Below are positions 19,065 to 29,319 of a stretch of DNA of 64,000 nt, piece after piece; the first letter of the stretch is position 1, and each line of letters opens with the position of its first letter. Source of the stretch: Chloroflexota bacterium. Lineage in GTDB: Bacteria; Chloroflexota; Dehalococcoidia; Lucifugimonadales; GCA-002723415. Position numbers and translations under genes: made by a program. The notes under the pieces were generated by a model. It saw only the letters and a list, made by a program, of their open reading frames with translations, was not told where the DNA came from and did no database searches. The DNA is taken from NCBI GenBank assembly GCA_002723415.1, contig PBOA01000005.1, forward strand, positions 4,842 to 68,841, written 5' to 3'.

Positions 19065-20245
19065 ATATTGAGTTTGTTTATTGCAGATTTGAACCCTTTT
19101 AAGGATCCTTCCAAAGTTTTATTTTCTAAGCAATACGAAATCCTGAAATAACCTTCTAATCCAAATCCTCTGCCAGGTACTACTAATACATTTTCATTCT
19201 TTAATTCTTCAATAAATTTTAATTCGTTTTCTATAGGTGATTTGGGGAACATATAAAATGCACCTTGAGGCTTGTTAATAGTATATCCCATATCTGTTAA
19301 ATTATCGTACATAAAATCACGTTTTAATTTATAAGATTCTATATCGACAGTAATGTTTTGTAAATTAGCTATAATATTTTGCATAATTGCAGGTGCATTA
19401 ACAAAGCCAAGAGTCCTATTACAAAAAGTTATTCCATCTATAAATTCTTCTTTATATTTATACTCAGGATGAATCGCTACATAACCAATACGTTCTCCTG
19501 GTAAGGCAAGGTCTTTAGAATAAGATGTAGCAATTATTCCATTATTAAAATAGTGAAAAATTTCAGGGCTTTTTATATTGTCAAAAGTTATTTTTTTATA
19601 AGGTTCATCACTGATTACAAAAATATCTGTTTGAAATTCGGCTTGTTTTTTATTTATTATATTAGCTATTTTTTCAATTAATTTAGCTGGGTACACAATC
19701 CCACTTGGATTGTTAGGGGAATTTATCAAAATAGCTTTTGTTTTTTTTGTTATGCTTTTTTCAAAGATGTTTAAATCGGGATGAAAGTTGTTGTCAGGTG
19801 GTACTATAATATGTTTTCCGTTATGGTTTTCGATGTAAAAAATATATTCAGCAAAAAATGGAGAGAAAATGATAACTTCGTCGTTAGGGTCTAATAATGT
19901 TTTTAAAATTATATTTAGTGCTCCGCCAGCACCACATGTCATTACTATATCATCTGATGAAAAGTTTAGACCAATTTCTTTTTTGAGTTGATTCGCTATA
20001 TTTGACCTAGTATTTATGTACCCAGCGTTTGGCATGTACCTGTGTAAGCCAGGTTTTGGATTGTTAGCTAAGCGCTGTAATTCTTCAAAAAATTTTTTTG
20101 GAGGTTCCATTACGGGATTCCCTAAAGAGAGGTCATATACATTTTCTTCTCCATATTTTTTTTTAAGTGCTGTACCTTCTTCGAACATCTTGCGAATCCA
20201 GGATCCACTTTCAATTTGGGATTTAATTTTTTTTGATATTTTCAT
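19061..20245 (-). CDS. class I/II PLP-dependent aminotransferase (aspartate/alanine aminotransferase-like)
   Basis: 394 aa with 'NPSG' and the 'SYSKDLALPGERIGY' (SxSK...R) PLP motifs. The 3' end overlaps the thrC stop by 4 nt. Confidence 0.8.
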   Translation of the reverse strand: MKISKKIKSQIESGSWIRKMFEEGTALKKKYGEENVYDLSLGNPVMEPPKKFFEELQRLANNPKPGLHRYMPNAGYINTRSNIANQLKKEIGLNFSSDDIVMTCGAGGALNIILKTLLDPNDEVIIFSPFFAEYIFYIENHNGKHIIVPPDNNFHPDLNIFEKSITKKTKAILINSPNNPSGIVYPAKLIEKIANIINKKQAEFQTDIFVISDEPYKKITFDNIKSPEIFHYFNNGIIATSYSKDLALPGERIGYVAIHPEYKYKEEFIDGITFCNRTLGFVNAPAIMQNIIANLQNITVDIESYKLKRDFMYDNLTDMGYTINKPQGAFYMFPKSPIENELKFIEELKNENVLVVPGRGFGLEGYFRISYCLENKTLEGSLKGFKSAINKLNI

Positions 20246-20425
20246 GGTATATTTTTGGAAATATTTGGTTATTATTATATTTGTTTAGATCGAATTTAAC
20301 GTTTTTATGAACTTTTTGTCAAATTTTGGAGTAAAATTTTCAGTGTAATGTAGTATAAACTAGCCAATATAAACTTAGCGTCAAGTTAATATTCTAAATA
20401 AGTCTAATTTAGTAGTAAAATAACG

Positions 20426-20453
20426 TTGACAGCAAAAATCACCATGGTATAAT
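20426..20453 (+). promoter_or_regulatory. near-consensus sigma70 promoter upstream of rpsL (TTGACA-16 nt-TGgTATAAT)
   Basis: TTGACA at 20426-20431, a 16-nt spacer, then TATAAT at 20448-20453 preceded by an extended -10 TG (20445-20446). Lies 65 nt upstream of the rpsL GTG. Confidence 0.6.
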
Positions 20454-20518
20454 TTTCTTTTGTTACTTGAATTATTTCAAGTTTGATTCTATTTGTAATT
20501 TTTATTTAAGGACTGATT

Positions 20519-20929
20519 GTGCCTACTGTTAGACAACTAATTAGAAAGCCTAGGAAAAGTAAAAAGAAGCAAGGCAAAGCTCCAGCTTTGGGCTTGTCTT
20601 ATAATGCTTTAAAAAATAGAGCTGAGAGAAATGTAAATTCTCCTCAGAAAAGAGGTGTTTGTGTTCAGGTAAGGACTCAGACTCCTAAAAAGCCAAATTC
20701 AGCTTTACGTAAAGTTGCTAGGGTTAGGTTGACTAATGGTATGGAAGTTACTGCTTATATACCTGGAGAAGGGCATAATTTGCAGGAACACTCTGTTGTT
20801 TTAATTAGAGGTGGAAGGGTGAAGGATTTGCCTGGAGTTAGATATCATGTTGTTAGAGGTGCGTTAGATACTAACGGTGTCGAAGACAGAAGCAGGGGTA
20901 GAAGCAAGTATGGTAGTAAGAAGAGTTAA
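20519..20929 (+). CDS. rpsL: 30S ribosomal protein S12
   Basis: GTG start with '[19 protein letters not shown]' and '[13 protein letters not shown]'. Carries the '[12 protein letters not shown]' insertion seen in Firmicutes/Chloroflexi-type S12. Confidence 0.97.
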   Translation: MPTVRQLIRKPRKSKKKQGKAPALGLSYNALKNRAERNVNSPQKRGVCVQVRTQTPKKPNSALRKVARVRLTNGMEVTAYIPGEGHNLQEHSVVLIRGGRVKDLPGVRYHVVRGALDTNGVEDRSRGRSKYGSKKS

Positions 20930-20981
20930 TTCAGCAATGTATTTATTTAATTTTTTACTAAAGGTTTCCAGGTGATCATAT

Positions 20982-21452
20982 ATGGCACGTCGTAGGGCTG
21001 CTGAAAAGCGCCAAATAGTACCAGATTACAAATATAAGCAAATTGATATCACTAGGTTTATCAATAAGGTGATGATTAATGGTAAAAAGAGTGTAGCTCA
21101 AAAAATAGTATATGAAGCAATAGATATAATTGAGAAGGATGCTAAAAAATCAGGTTTAGAGATTTTTAGGCAGGCATTAAACAATGCTATGCCAGTTTTA
21201 GAAGTGAAGTCTAGGAGAGTTGGTGGTGCTACTTATCAGGTTCCCACAGAAGTTGTTCCTGCTAGGCGTGTAACTTTAGCAATTAGATGGCTAGTTGATG
21301 CTGCAAGGTCTAGAAGTGGTATGTCTATGGCTCAAAGTTTGTCCAGAGAATTGATGGAGGCATCAAAAGGGCAAGGGGCTGCTGTAAAACGAAGAGAAGA
21401 TTTATATAAAATGGCTGAAGCTAATAGAGCGTTTGTGCATTTCAGATGGTAG
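20982..21452 (+). CDS. rpsG: 30S ribosomal protein S7
   Basis: 156 aa with '[11 protein letters not shown]' and the C-terminal '[10 protein letters not shown]'. Confidence 0.97.
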   Translation: MARRRAAEKRQIVPDYKYKQIDITRFINKVMINGKKSVAQKIVYEAIDIIEKDAKKSGLEIFRQALNNAMPVLEVKSRRVGGATYQVPTEVVPARRVTLAIRWLVDAARSRSGMSMAQSLSRELMEASKGQGAAVKRREDLYKMAEANRAFVHFRW

Positions 21453-23551
21453 CAAAAAATCAATTACCACCAGACTCTCAGGGTGCTACTTCTAAAAGTA
21501 GAGGAGATTCTATTGCTAATATGAGGAACATTGGTTTTATTGCTCATATTGATGCAGGGAAGACTACTGTGACTGAGAGGGTGCTTTTTTTTGCAGGAGT
21601 TATTCATAAGGTTGGGGAAGTTCATGATGGGGCTGCTACGATGGATTGGATGGAGCAAGAGAGAGAGCGCGGTATAACTATTACCTCGGCTGCTACAACC
21701 TGTACTTGGAAGGATTTTACGATAAATATTATTGATACGCCTGGTCACGTTGATTTCACTGCGGAAGTTGAGAGGAGTTTGCGTGTTTTAGATGGAGGTG
21801 TAGTTGTTTTTGATGCTGTTGCAGGAGTTGAGCCTCAATCGGAGACTGTTTGGAGGCAAGCTAATAAGTATAAAGTCCCTAGAATTTGTTTTGTGAATAA
21901 AATGGATAGAATTGGGGCGGGTTTTCAAAAGACTATTGACAGTATGGTTAAAAGGTTGAAGGCAAATCCTGTTGCTGTTCAAATACCTATTGGGTCAGAG
22001 AGTGATTTTGCTGGAGTTGTTGATTTAATAGATGAGAAAGCTATTGTTTACAATTCTCAGGATGGTTTGTCTTTTGAAACTCAGCCTATTCCTGAAGACA
22101 TGTTAGCTGAAGTCGATTCTTATAGGAAATTGATGGTTGAAAAAATTGCTGAAACTGATGAAGTTATTTTGGAGAAATTTTTAGAGGATGCACCGATTAG
22201 TAACGAAGAACTTAAAAGTGCTCTTCGTAGGGCTACTATTGCCTATGAATTAGTTCCTGTTTTTTGCGGTAGCGCTTTGCAAAATAGAGGTGTTCAGCCT
22301 TTATTAGATGCTATTGGTGATTATTTGCCAAGTCCTATAGATGTTCCTGCTATAGAAGGGACTGTTTATAAAGGAGATGATTTGGTTGTCCGGAAGCCGG
22401 ATAATTCGGAGCCTTTTTCAGCATTAGCTTTTAAAACTCTTGCTGACCCTTTTGTTGGCAGGCTAGTTTATTTGAGAGTTTATTCTGGTACTGCTACAAC
22501 AGGTGGTATGGTTTTGAATTCTACCACTGGTAATAGGGAGAGATTAGGTAGGATATTGAGAATGCATGCTGATCACCGAGAGGACATTGAGAAAGTTTTG
22601 CCTGGTCAAATTATTGCAGTTGTTGGATTGAAGGATACATCGACTGGAGATACTATTTGTGATAGGGATAATGCTGTTGTTTTAGAATCAATTTCATTTC
22701 CTGAGCCAGTAGTGTCAGTTGCTATTGAGCCTAAATCTAGGGCTGATCAAGATAAGCTTGTTGATGCTCTAAATAAATTATCAGATGAGGATCCTACTTT
22801 TAAAATAGCGTATGATGATGAGACGGGTCAAACAGTTATGTCGGGGATGGGTGAATTGCATTTGGAGATTTTAGTTGACAGGATGAAGAGAGAATTTAAG
22901 GTTGAGGGTAATGTTGGTAAACCTAAAGTTGCATTTCGTGAGGCTATTACTAGGGCTAGTAAGGCTGAGGCTAAGTTTATACGCCAAACAGGTGGTCATG
23001 GTCAATATGGTCATGTGTGGATAGAAATTGAGCCATTAGATCGCGGCTCTGGTTTTGTTTTTGAAAATGTTATTAAGGGAGGTTCTATTCCTCAAGAATA
23101 TATTCCTTCTGTTGCTCAAGGTGCTAAAGAGGCATTGTCGTCTGGTTTGATAGGCGGCTATCCTGTGGTGGATGTTAAAGTGGTTTTGCTTGATGGGAGT
23201 TATCATGATGTAGATTCTTCTAAGGTTGCTTTTCAAATTGCGGGTTCTATGGCTATGAAGACAGCTTTAGGTAAGGCTAAGTCAATATTATTAGAGCCTA
23301 TAATGAGTTTGCAGGTAATTACTCCTGAGGAAAGTATGGGTGATGTTATTGGTGATTTAGGAAAAAGGCGTGCAAATATTAAAAATATTGAAGCGGAATC
23401 AGGAACTCAGTATATAAATGCAAGTTTACCTCTTGGGGAAAGTTTTGGTTACGCAAATACACTTAGGTCTCTGACTCAAGGAAGGGCTTCTTATAATATG
23501 GAATTTGATCAATATGAACAAGCTCCTTCTCATCTTGTTGAGACACAATAG
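21446..23551 (+). CDS. fusA: translation elongation factor G
   Basis: 701 aa with the GTPase motifs 'AHIDAGKTT', 'DTPGHVDF' and 'NKMD'. The ATG overlaps the rpsG stop. The N-terminus is somewhat longer than in typical EF-G. Confidence 0.97.
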   Translation: MVAKNQLPPDSQGATSKSRGDSIANMRNIGFIAHIDAGKTTVTERVLFFAGVIHKVGEVHDGAATMDWMEQERERGITITSAATTCTWKDFTINIIDTPGHVDFTAEVERSLRVLDGGVVVFDAVAGVEPQSETVWRQANKYKVPRICFVNKMDRIGAGFQKTIDSMVKRLKANPVAVQIPIGSESDFAGVVDLIDEKAIVYNSQDGLSFETQPIPEDMLAEVDSYRKLMVEKIAETDEVILEKFLEDAPISNEELKSALRRATIAYELVPVFCGSALQNRGVQPLLDAIGDYLPSPIDVPAIEGTVYKGDDLVVRKPDNSEPFSALAFKTLADPFVGRLVYLRVYSGTATTGGMVLNSTTGNRERLGRILRMHADHREDIEKVLPGQIIAVVGLKDTSTGDTICDRDNAVVLESISFPEPVVSVAIEPKSRADQDKLVDALNKLSDEDPTFKIAYDDETGQTVMSGMGELHLEILVDRMKREFKVEGNVGKPKVAFREAITRASKAEAKFIRQTGGHGQYGHVWIEIEPLDRGSGFVFENVIKGGSIPQEYIPSVAQGAKEALSSGLIGGYPVVDVKVVLLDGSYHDVDSSKVAFQIAGSMAMKTALGKAKSILLEPIMSLQVITPEESMGDVIGDLGKRRANIKNIEAESGTQYINASLPLGESFGYANTLRSLTQGRASYNMEFDQYEQAPSHLVETQ

Positions 23552-23579
23552 ATTGTTAATTAGTTAGGTAGAGGTTAAA

Positions 23580-23891
23580 TTGACTGCTGAGCAAAACATA
23601 AGAATTATACTTAAGGCTTTTGATCATAAGATACTAGATCAATCTGCTGTTCAAATAGTTCAGGCTGCTGAGCGTACGGGTGCTCGTGTAAAAGGGCCTG
23701 TGCCAATGCCTACTACAATAAAAAGGTTTTGCGTTATACGCTCTCCTCATATTGATAAAAATTCAAGAGAACATTTTGAAGTAAGAACTCATAATAGATT
23801 AATTGATATTACTGGGCCAAGCTCAAAAACTATTGATTCATTGACTCGAATTAATGTGCCAGCTGGCGTAGATATTTCAATAAAGTTATAG
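23580..23891 (+). CDS. rpsJ: 30S ribosomal protein S10
   Basis: TTG start with '[14 protein letters not shown]' and 'GPVPMPT'. Only 28 nt after fusA. Confidence 0.95.
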   Translation: MTAEQNIRIILKAFDHKILDQSAVQIVQAAERTGARVKGPVPMPTTIKRFCVIRSPHIDKNSREHFEVRTHNRLIDITGPSSKTIDSLTRINVPAGVDISIKL

Positions 23892-23901
23892 GCGGGTATA
23901 G

Positions 23902-24534
23902 ATGTCTGTCCAAGGTTTAATAGGGAAAAAAATAGGAACGACCCAGGTTTTCAGGGATGATAAGTCTGCTGACTGTGTTACAGTCATTAGGGTTGATTCG
24001 TGCGTTGTGACCCAAATTAAGACTATTGAAAAAGATGGTTATAGTAGCGTTCAAATTGGCACAATGGAAACAGGGAATGCTAGTATGCCAATGAAGGGTC
24101 ATATGGGAGAAACTTCTTTTAAAGTGTTGAAGGAGTTTAGTGTCATTGATTCTTCAGAAATAAATAAGGGTGATGTTTTGGATGTGGGGATTTTTCAAAT
24201 TGGAGAAAGGGTTAATGTTACTGCTTTGTCTAAAGGTAGGGGATTCGCTGGGGGTGTTAAAAGACATGGATTCCATGGTGGACCTAAGACTCATGGGCAA
24301 TCAGATAGGCATAGGGCTCCGGGTTCTGTTGGTGCAGGAAGTAGTCCTGGTAGAGTTTTTAAAGGTAAAAAAATGGCTGGGCATTATGGTGCAGCAAGGG
24401 TTACTGTAAGGAATTTGGAAGTAGTGTTGGCTGATGTTAGTAGAGGGGTTATTTTGTTAAAAGGTGCAGTGCCTGGGCATAGAAATTCCTTGGTATCTAT
24501 AAACAAGTCTTCTTTTAAAGGAGGCTTGAAATGA
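23902..24534 (+). CDS. rplC: 50S ribosomal protein L3
   Basis: 210 aa with 'SKGRGFAGGVKRHGFHGGP'. Confidence 0.95.
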   Translation: MSVQGLIGKKIGTTQVFRDDKSADCVTVIRVDSCVVTQIKTIEKDGYSSVQIGTMETGNASMPMKGHMGETSFKVLKEFSVIDSSEINKGDVLDVGIFQIGERVNVTALSKGRGFAGGVKRHGFHGGPKTHGQSDRHRAPGSVGAGSSPGRVFKGKKMAGHYGAARVTVRNLEVVLADVSRGVILLKGAVPGHRNSLVSINKSSFKGGLK

Positions 24535-25151
24535 AATTAGAATTAAGAGCTCCTAATGGTTCAATTTCTGGAAGTGTTTCTGTTAATAGTAAAGTTTTTG
24601 ATGCTGTTATTAACCCTGTATTGACCCATCAAGTAGTAGTTAGTCAATTGTCTAACGAAAGGCAAGGTAACGCTAGTACAAAGAATAGGTCTGCTGTTTC
24701 TGGAGGGGGTGCTAAGCCTAGGCCTCAAAAGGGTTCTGGTCGTTCTAGACAAGGGAGCATACGTTCGCCTTTGTGGAAAGGTGGAGGAGTTACTTTTGGT
24801 CCTAACGGAAGAAATTATTCACATAAGATTCCAAAAAAAATGCGAAGAAAGTCAATATGTGGTTTAATATCTGACAAAGTTCGTTCTGGGCAGTTAATTG
24901 TAATAGAAGATTTGATTTTGCCAGAATATAAAACTAAATACATGCAGGCTTTGTTAAAGGCACTTGTTGGTAATTCAAGGGTATTGTTGGTTACTAATAA
25001 GATTGATGAAAGCATACTTATGTGTGCGCGTAATATTCCTGCTGTTAAAATGTTGCCTGTGCAATTACTAAATTCAGTTGATTTGTCAAATAATCGTATT
25101 TTAATTATGACTATAGACTCTGTGAGAGAGATTGAGAAGATGTGGGGTTAG
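24531..25151 (+). CDS. rplD: 50S ribosomal protein L4
   Basis: 206 aa with 'GGGAKPRPQKGSGRSRQGS'. ATGA overlap with rplC. Confidence 0.95.
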   Translation: MKLELRAPNGSISGSVSVNSKVFDAVINPVLTHQVVVSQLSNERQGNASTKNRSAVSGGGAKPRPQKGSGRSRQGSIRSPLWKGGGVTFGPNGRNYSHKIPKKMRRKSICGLISDKVRSGQLIVIEDLILPEYKTKYMQALLKALVGNSRVLLVTNKIDESILMCARNIPAVKMLPVQLLNSVDLSNNRILIMTIDSVREIEKMWG

Positions 25152-25152
25152 T

Positions 25153-25440
25153 ATGATTGATTCTTTTGATATTTTAAGAAAACCTATTGTTTCTGAAAAA
25201 GCTTCTGATTTGCAAGGGAGCCATAAGTATACTTTTGAAGTGAGTAAGAATGCTAATAAGCAGCAAATAAAAACTGCAGTAGAAAAAGCTTTTGGGGTTA
25301 ATGTAGTTAGTGTAAATGTTTTAACTTTGAGGCGAAAAAGAAAAAGATATGGTCCTCGTTTATCAAAATTAAGTTTTTGGAAAAAAGCTATAGTAACTCT
25401 TAAAGATGGAGAAACTATTACTATGTATGAAGGAGTATAA
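25153..25440 (+). CDS. rplW: 50S ribosomal protein L23
   Basis: ATG at 25153, directly after the rplD stop, gives the canonical '[17 protein letters not shown]'. The track start (TTG 25132) lies inside rplD. Confidence 0.9.
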   Translation: MIDSFDILRKPIVSEKASDLQGSHKYTFEVSKNANKQQIKTAVEKAFGVNVVSVNVLTLRRKRKRYGPRLSKLSFWKKAIVTLKDGETITMYEGV

Positions 25441-25448
25441 ATAAACCG

Positions 25449-26279
25449 ATGGCATTAAGAGAGCGTAAACCTATAACTCCTGGGCAAAGGGGAATGATAC
25501 TCCAGCTTAGTGATGACATTACTAGTTCTAAGCCTAAGAAATCACTTTTGAAGCCTTTAAAAAGGAAGGCAGGAAGGAATTCTAGTGGACGTTTGACTGT
25601 GAGGCATAGAGGTGGTGGGCATAAAAGACGTTTTAGAGAAATTGATTTTAAAAGAGACAAGTATGGTGTTGTTGGTGAAGTGTTTTCTATTGAATATGAT
25701 CCTAATAGATCTTCAAGAATTGCGTTGATTAAGTATGTTGATGGAGATTGGAGATATATAATTGCGCCAAATGGGTTGAAGGTGGGAGACGAGATTTCTT
25801 CTGGTAAGGATGTTGGAGTGACTCTGGGTAATTCTTTGCCTCTTAATTCAATTCCAACTGGTACATTAGTGCATAATGTTGAATTAACTTTAGGAAAGGG
25901 TGGGCAAATTGTACGTAGTGCGGGTAATTCTGCTCAAGTTTTAGCTAAAGAAGGAAATTATACTTTACTTAGATTGCCTTCTGGTGAGGTTAGGTATATT
26001 TTAAGTGATTGTTCGGCTACTATAGGTGAATTAAGTGTGGCAGATCATAAAAATATAAAATTAGGTAAAGCTGGTAAAAGTAGGCATTTGGGGAGGCGTC
26101 CGTCTGTTAGGGGGTCAGTTATGTCTCCTAGAGATCATCCTCATGGTGGAGGTGAAGGTAGGTCTCCGATAGGTATGCCGGGTCCTAAAACCCCTTGGGG
26201 TAAGCCGGCGTTAGGTTATCGAACAAGAAAAAATAAATCTACTGACAAATTTATAGTTCGTCGTAGATATCAAAAATAG
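25449..26279 (+). CDS. rplB: 50S ribosomal protein L2
   Basis: 276 aa with '[12 protein letters not shown]' and '[14 protein letters not shown]'. Confidence 0.97.
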   Translation: MALRERKPITPGQRGMILQLSDDITSSKPKKSLLKPLKRKAGRNSSGRLTVRHRGGGHKRRFREIDFKRDKYGVVGEVFSIEYDPNRSSRIALIKYVDGDWRYIIAPNGLKVGDEISSGKDVGVTLGNSLPLNSIPTGTLVHNVELTLGKGGQIVRSAGNSAQVLAKEGNYTLLRLPSGEVRYILSDCSATIGELSVADHKNIKLGKAGKSRHLGRRPSVRGSVMSPRDHPHGGGEGRSPIGMPGPKTPWGKPALGYRTRKNKSTDKFIVRRRYQK

Positions 26280-26304
26280 GATATAATTAAGATGGAGATT
26301 TTTA

Positions 26305-26589
26305 ATGTCTAGATCTATAAAAAAGGGTCCTTATGTTGACCAAAAATTAGCTAAAAAGGTTGAATCTGCAAATAAGACGGGTTCAAAAGAGGTGATCAAA
26401 ACTTGGTCTAGGTCTTCTATGATAATGCCTGATATGATTTCATTGACAATAGCAGTGCATGATGGTAGAAGGCATGTCCCTGTGTTTATATCTGAAAATA
26501 TGATTGGTCATAAATTGGGTGAATTTGCTCCTACAAGAACTTTTAGAGGGCATGCATCTAAGTCTGAAAAAATAAGTTCGGTTAATTAA
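26305..26589 (+). CDS. rpsS: 30S ribosomal protein S19
   Basis: 94 aa with '[11 protein letters not shown]' and '[16 protein letters not shown]'. Confidence 0.97.
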   Translation: MSRSIKKGPYVDQKLAKKVESANKTGSKEVIKTWSRSSMIMPDMISLTIAVHDGRRHVPVFISENMIGHKLGEFAPTRTFRGHASKSEKISSVN

Positions 26590-26597
26590 TTTAGGAG

Positions 26598-26942
26598 TTG
26601 GTTTTGGTGATTAAGGCTATTACAACTAATACGGGAGTTTCTGCTCAGAAAATGGGTAGGATAACTTCTATTATTAAAGGTAGGTCAGTAGAGGAGGCCC
26701 TTAATATTTTAAAATTTATGCCTTCTGCATCTGCAAAAAAAGTTTCTAAGGTTGTTAAATCAGCATTGAATAATGCTGAGGAAGTTATGAGCGCTAGTTC
26801 GGGTGATTTGATTATAAAGGATATTTTTGCTAATGAAGCGCCTCAGGCAAAACGTTTTCGGTCTAGGGCTAGAGGGCGGGTGTCTAGAATAATAAGAAGA
26901 AGTAGTAGTGTTACTGTTTACTTAGATGAAAGTGAGGGATAA
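26598..26942 (+). CDS. rplV: 50S ribosomal protein L22
   Basis: About 112-114 aa with 'SAQKMGRITSIIKGRSVEEALNILKF'. The start is ambiguous among TTG 26598, TTG 26604 and GTG 26607, after AGGAG at 26593-26597. Confidence 0.9.
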   Translation: MVLVIKAITTNTGVSAQKMGRITSIIKGRSVEEALNILKFMPSASAKKVSKVVKSALNNAEEVMSASSGDLIIKDIFANEAPQAKRFRSRARGRVSRIIRRSSSVTVYLDESEG

Positions 26943-26945
26943 TAA

Positions 26946-27707
26946 GTGGGTCAAAAAACTCATCCTATTGGTTTCAGGATTGGTGTAGTTAAAGATTGGC
27001 AAGCTAAGTGGTTTGCAAAAAAGCCTGCGGATTATAGGAATTTGCTTAAGGAGGATATTGCTATACGTAAGGCTATCATGAATCAATATCCTGATGCTGG
27101 AATTTCTCGTATTGAAATTGAAAGAAGTAATGAAACTGTTGCAACAATTTATACATCTAGGCCAGGTATTGTTATAGGGCGAGGTGGCCAGAGGGTAGAT
27201 GAATTGAAGAAATTATTAGAGGGAGTTATAACAGGAAATGCGAGATTGAATGTCCAAGAAATCCGTCAGCCTGAATTAGATGCATATTTAGTTGCAAGAT
27301 CAGTTGCAGATCAATTAGAAAAACGTGTTGTTTATAGACGCGCAATGAAGTTGGCGATTACTAGAACGATGCAATCTGGCGCAAAGGGTATAAAAATTCT
27401 GGTTTCGGGGAGGCTAGGGGGTGCTGATATAGCACGACAAGGTAAAATGATGGAAGGTAGAGTTCCTTTGCATACTCTTAGGGCAGATATAGATTTTGGT
27501 ATAGCTGTTGCTGCTACTGAATTTGGATCTATTGGAGTAAAGGTGTGGGTTTATAAGGGAGATATAATTGGGGATACTTTAGAAGAAGAAGAAATTGAAG
27601 ATACAGTTGGCACAATTGAAGTGTTAGTTACTGCTAGTGATGTGGCTGAGGAAGGCAAAAATAGTTCTCTTAAGGGGGTTGAAGATGTTACAACCGAAGA
27701 GGGTTAA
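26946..27707 (+). CDS. rpsC: 30S ribosomal protein S3
   Basis: GTG start with '[12 protein letters not shown]' and a KH domain. Has an acidic ~40-aa C-terminal tail. The 3' end overlaps rplP. Confidence 0.95.
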   Translation: MGQKTHPIGFRIGVVKDWQAKWFAKKPADYRNLLKEDIAIRKAIMNQYPDAGISRIEIERSNETVATIYTSRPGIVIGRGGQRVDELKKLLEGVITGNARLNVQEIRQPELDAYLVARSVADQLEKRVVYRRAMKLAITRTMQSGAKGIKILVSGRLGGADIARQGKMMEGRVPLHTLRADIDFGIAVAATEFGSIGVKVWVYKGDIIGDTLEEEEIEDTVGTIEVLVTASDVAEEGKNSSLKGVEDVTTEEG

Positions 27708-28098
27708 ATTTCGAAACCATCATAGAGGAAGAAGGCGTGGTGTTGCTGTAGCTGGCAGTAAGATGAATTTTGGTGATTTTGGTTTGAAGGCTACTGAGAG
27801 TGCATGGATTACTTCAAGGCAGATTGAAGCAGCACGTAGGGCAATGACGAGATCGGTTAAGAGAGGAGGGAAGATGTGGATTAGAATCTTCCCTGATAAG
27901 TCAGTGACTGCTCGAGCTGCTGAAACAAGGATGGGTAAAGGTAAAGGTGCTGTTGACCATTGGGTAGCTGTTGTTCGTCCTGGGCGTGTATTGTTTGAGA
28001 TGTCTGGGGTAACTCATGAGGAGGCAAAAAAAGCTTTTCAATTGGCATCTAGTAAGTTGCCTATATCTACAAAAGTAATTGAGAGGAATACTATATAA
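27685..28098 (+). CDS. rplP: 50S ribosomal protein L16
   Basis: ATG 27685 gives the canonical '[16 protein letters not shown]'. The track start at 27637 lies inside rpsC. Confidence 0.93.
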   Translation: MLQPKRVKFRNHHRGRRRGVAVAGSKMNFGDFGLKATESAWITSRQIEAARRAMTRSVKRGGKMWIRIFPDKSVTARAAETRMGKGKGAVDHWVAVVRPGRVLFEMSGVTHEEAKKAFQLASSKLPISTKVIERNTI

Positions 28099-28139
28099 AC
28101 ACAATCATTTTGTATGTTGTGATATTTGGGTGAAAGATT

Positions 28140-28343
28140 ATGGAAATTAATGAAATAAGAAATTTGTCTGATAATGAACTGGAAGAAGAATTATATTCTG
28201 TTAAAAGAGAGCTTATGAATCTAAGATTTAAAGTTGCTACTATGCAGTTGGCTAATGTTAATGAAGTTAAAATGGCAAAGAAGAAAATTGCAAGAATTAA
28301 TACAATTAAAAGAGAGCGTGAATTGATTAAGGAAAATATATGA
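28140..28343 (+). CDS. rpmC: 50S ribosomal protein L29
   Basis: 67 aa with 'LSDNELEEELYSVKRELMNLRFK'. Confidence 0.93.
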   Translation: MEINEIRNLSDNELEEELYSVKRELMNLRFKVATMQLANVNEVKMAKKKIARINTIKRERELIKENI

Positions 28344-28609
28344 GTTTTGATAGGAGAAAAATTAGGACTGGCAGAGTTGTTAGTGACAAAATGGAAAAAA
28401 CCATTGTTGTGCAACTTGAGTCAAGATATGTCCATAGGATTTATCGAAAGGCTGTTAAAACTAGATCAAATATTAAAGTGCATGACCCTGAAAATTCCTG
28501 TAAAGTTGGTGACTTGGTAAAAGTGATGGAAGTCAGGCCTATCTCTAAGGATAAAACTTGGTTGCTTAAAGAGATATTGTTAGAAGCTAGTGAGGAAACT
28601 ATTGGGTAG
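28340..28609 (+). CDS. rpsQ: 30S ribosomal protein S17
   Basis: 89 aa with 'GRVVSDKMEKTIVV' and 'YRKAVKTRSNIKVHD'. ATGA overlap with rpmC. Confidence 0.95.
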   Translation: MSFDRRKIRTGRVVSDKMEKTIVVQLESRYVHRIYRKAVKTRSNIKVHDPENSCKVGDLVKVMEVRPISKDKTWLLKEILLEASEETIG

Positions 28610-28639
28610 ATTTATAGATTTAAAGCAAGGGGGGATAAA

Positions 28640-29008
28640 GTGATTCAGCAGTATACGAGATTAAAAGTTGCTGATAATTCAGGTGCTAAGACGATAAGCT
28701 GTATTGGTGTGCCAGGTGGTACTGGTAGGCAATATGCTTGGTTAGGAGATGTTATTGTTGCTTCAGTTAAGGAAGCAGCACCTGCTTCTGCTGTTAAAAA
28801 GGGTGAAGTAGTTAGAGCAGTTGTAGTTAGAACTTCCAAGCCTCACGGTAGAGAGGATGGTTCAAGAATTAAATTTGATGATAATGCGGCTGTAATAATA
28901 AACGATGAAAAAATGCCAAGAGGGACTAGGATTTTCGGTCCTGTTGCCCGTGAATTACGTGAAAAGGATTTTATGCGTATAGTTTCTCTTGCTCCTGAGG
29001 TGTTGTAA
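28640..29008 (+). CDS. rplN: 50S ribosomal protein L14
   Basis: GTG start, 122 aa, with '[17 protein letters not shown]'. Confidence 0.97.
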   Translation: MIQQYTRLKVADNSGAKTISCIGVPGGTGRQYAWLGDVIVASVKEAAPASAVKKGEVVRAVVVRTSKPHGREDGSRIKFDDNAAVIINDEKMPRGTRIFGPVARELREKDFMRIVSLAPEVL

Positions 29009-29319
29009 TGAAGTTGCGTGAGAAAGACACTGTATTGGTTATAAATGGTAGAGATAGAGGAAAGCGTGGTGAAATAAAACAAGTTTTTCCTAGGCAAGGA
29101 ACGGCTTTGGTTGAAGGAGTTAATATTGCTACTAAGCATGTTAAATCTCAAGGTCAAGCAAAGCAAGGGGGTATTATTAAAACAGAAGTGCCTATTAATA
29201 TTTCTAATTTGACTTTGATATGTTCTGTATGTGCTAAGCCTTCACGTGTTGGGTATAAAAAACTTGATGATGGTACTAACGCAAGGTTATGTAAATTATG
29301 TAAGGAAGTAATTGAGTGA
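29008..29319 (+). CDS. rplX: 50S ribosomal protein L24
   Basis: 103 aa with the KOW motif '[13 protein letters not shown]' and a C-terminal CxxC...CxxC pair. TAATG junction with rplN. Confidence 0.93.
   Translation: MKLREKDTVLVINGRDRGKRGEIKQVFPRQGTALVEGVNIATKHVKSQGQAKQGGIIKTEVPINISNLTLICSVCAKPSRVGYKKLDDGTNARLCKLCKEVIE

Noticed and set aside
24170-24409. Same-strand alternative-frame 79-aa ORF within rplC.
   Set aside because: It is fully nested in the L3 coding frame. The translation is repetitive (L/V/G/M-rich) with no motif, so it is most simply a frame artefact.
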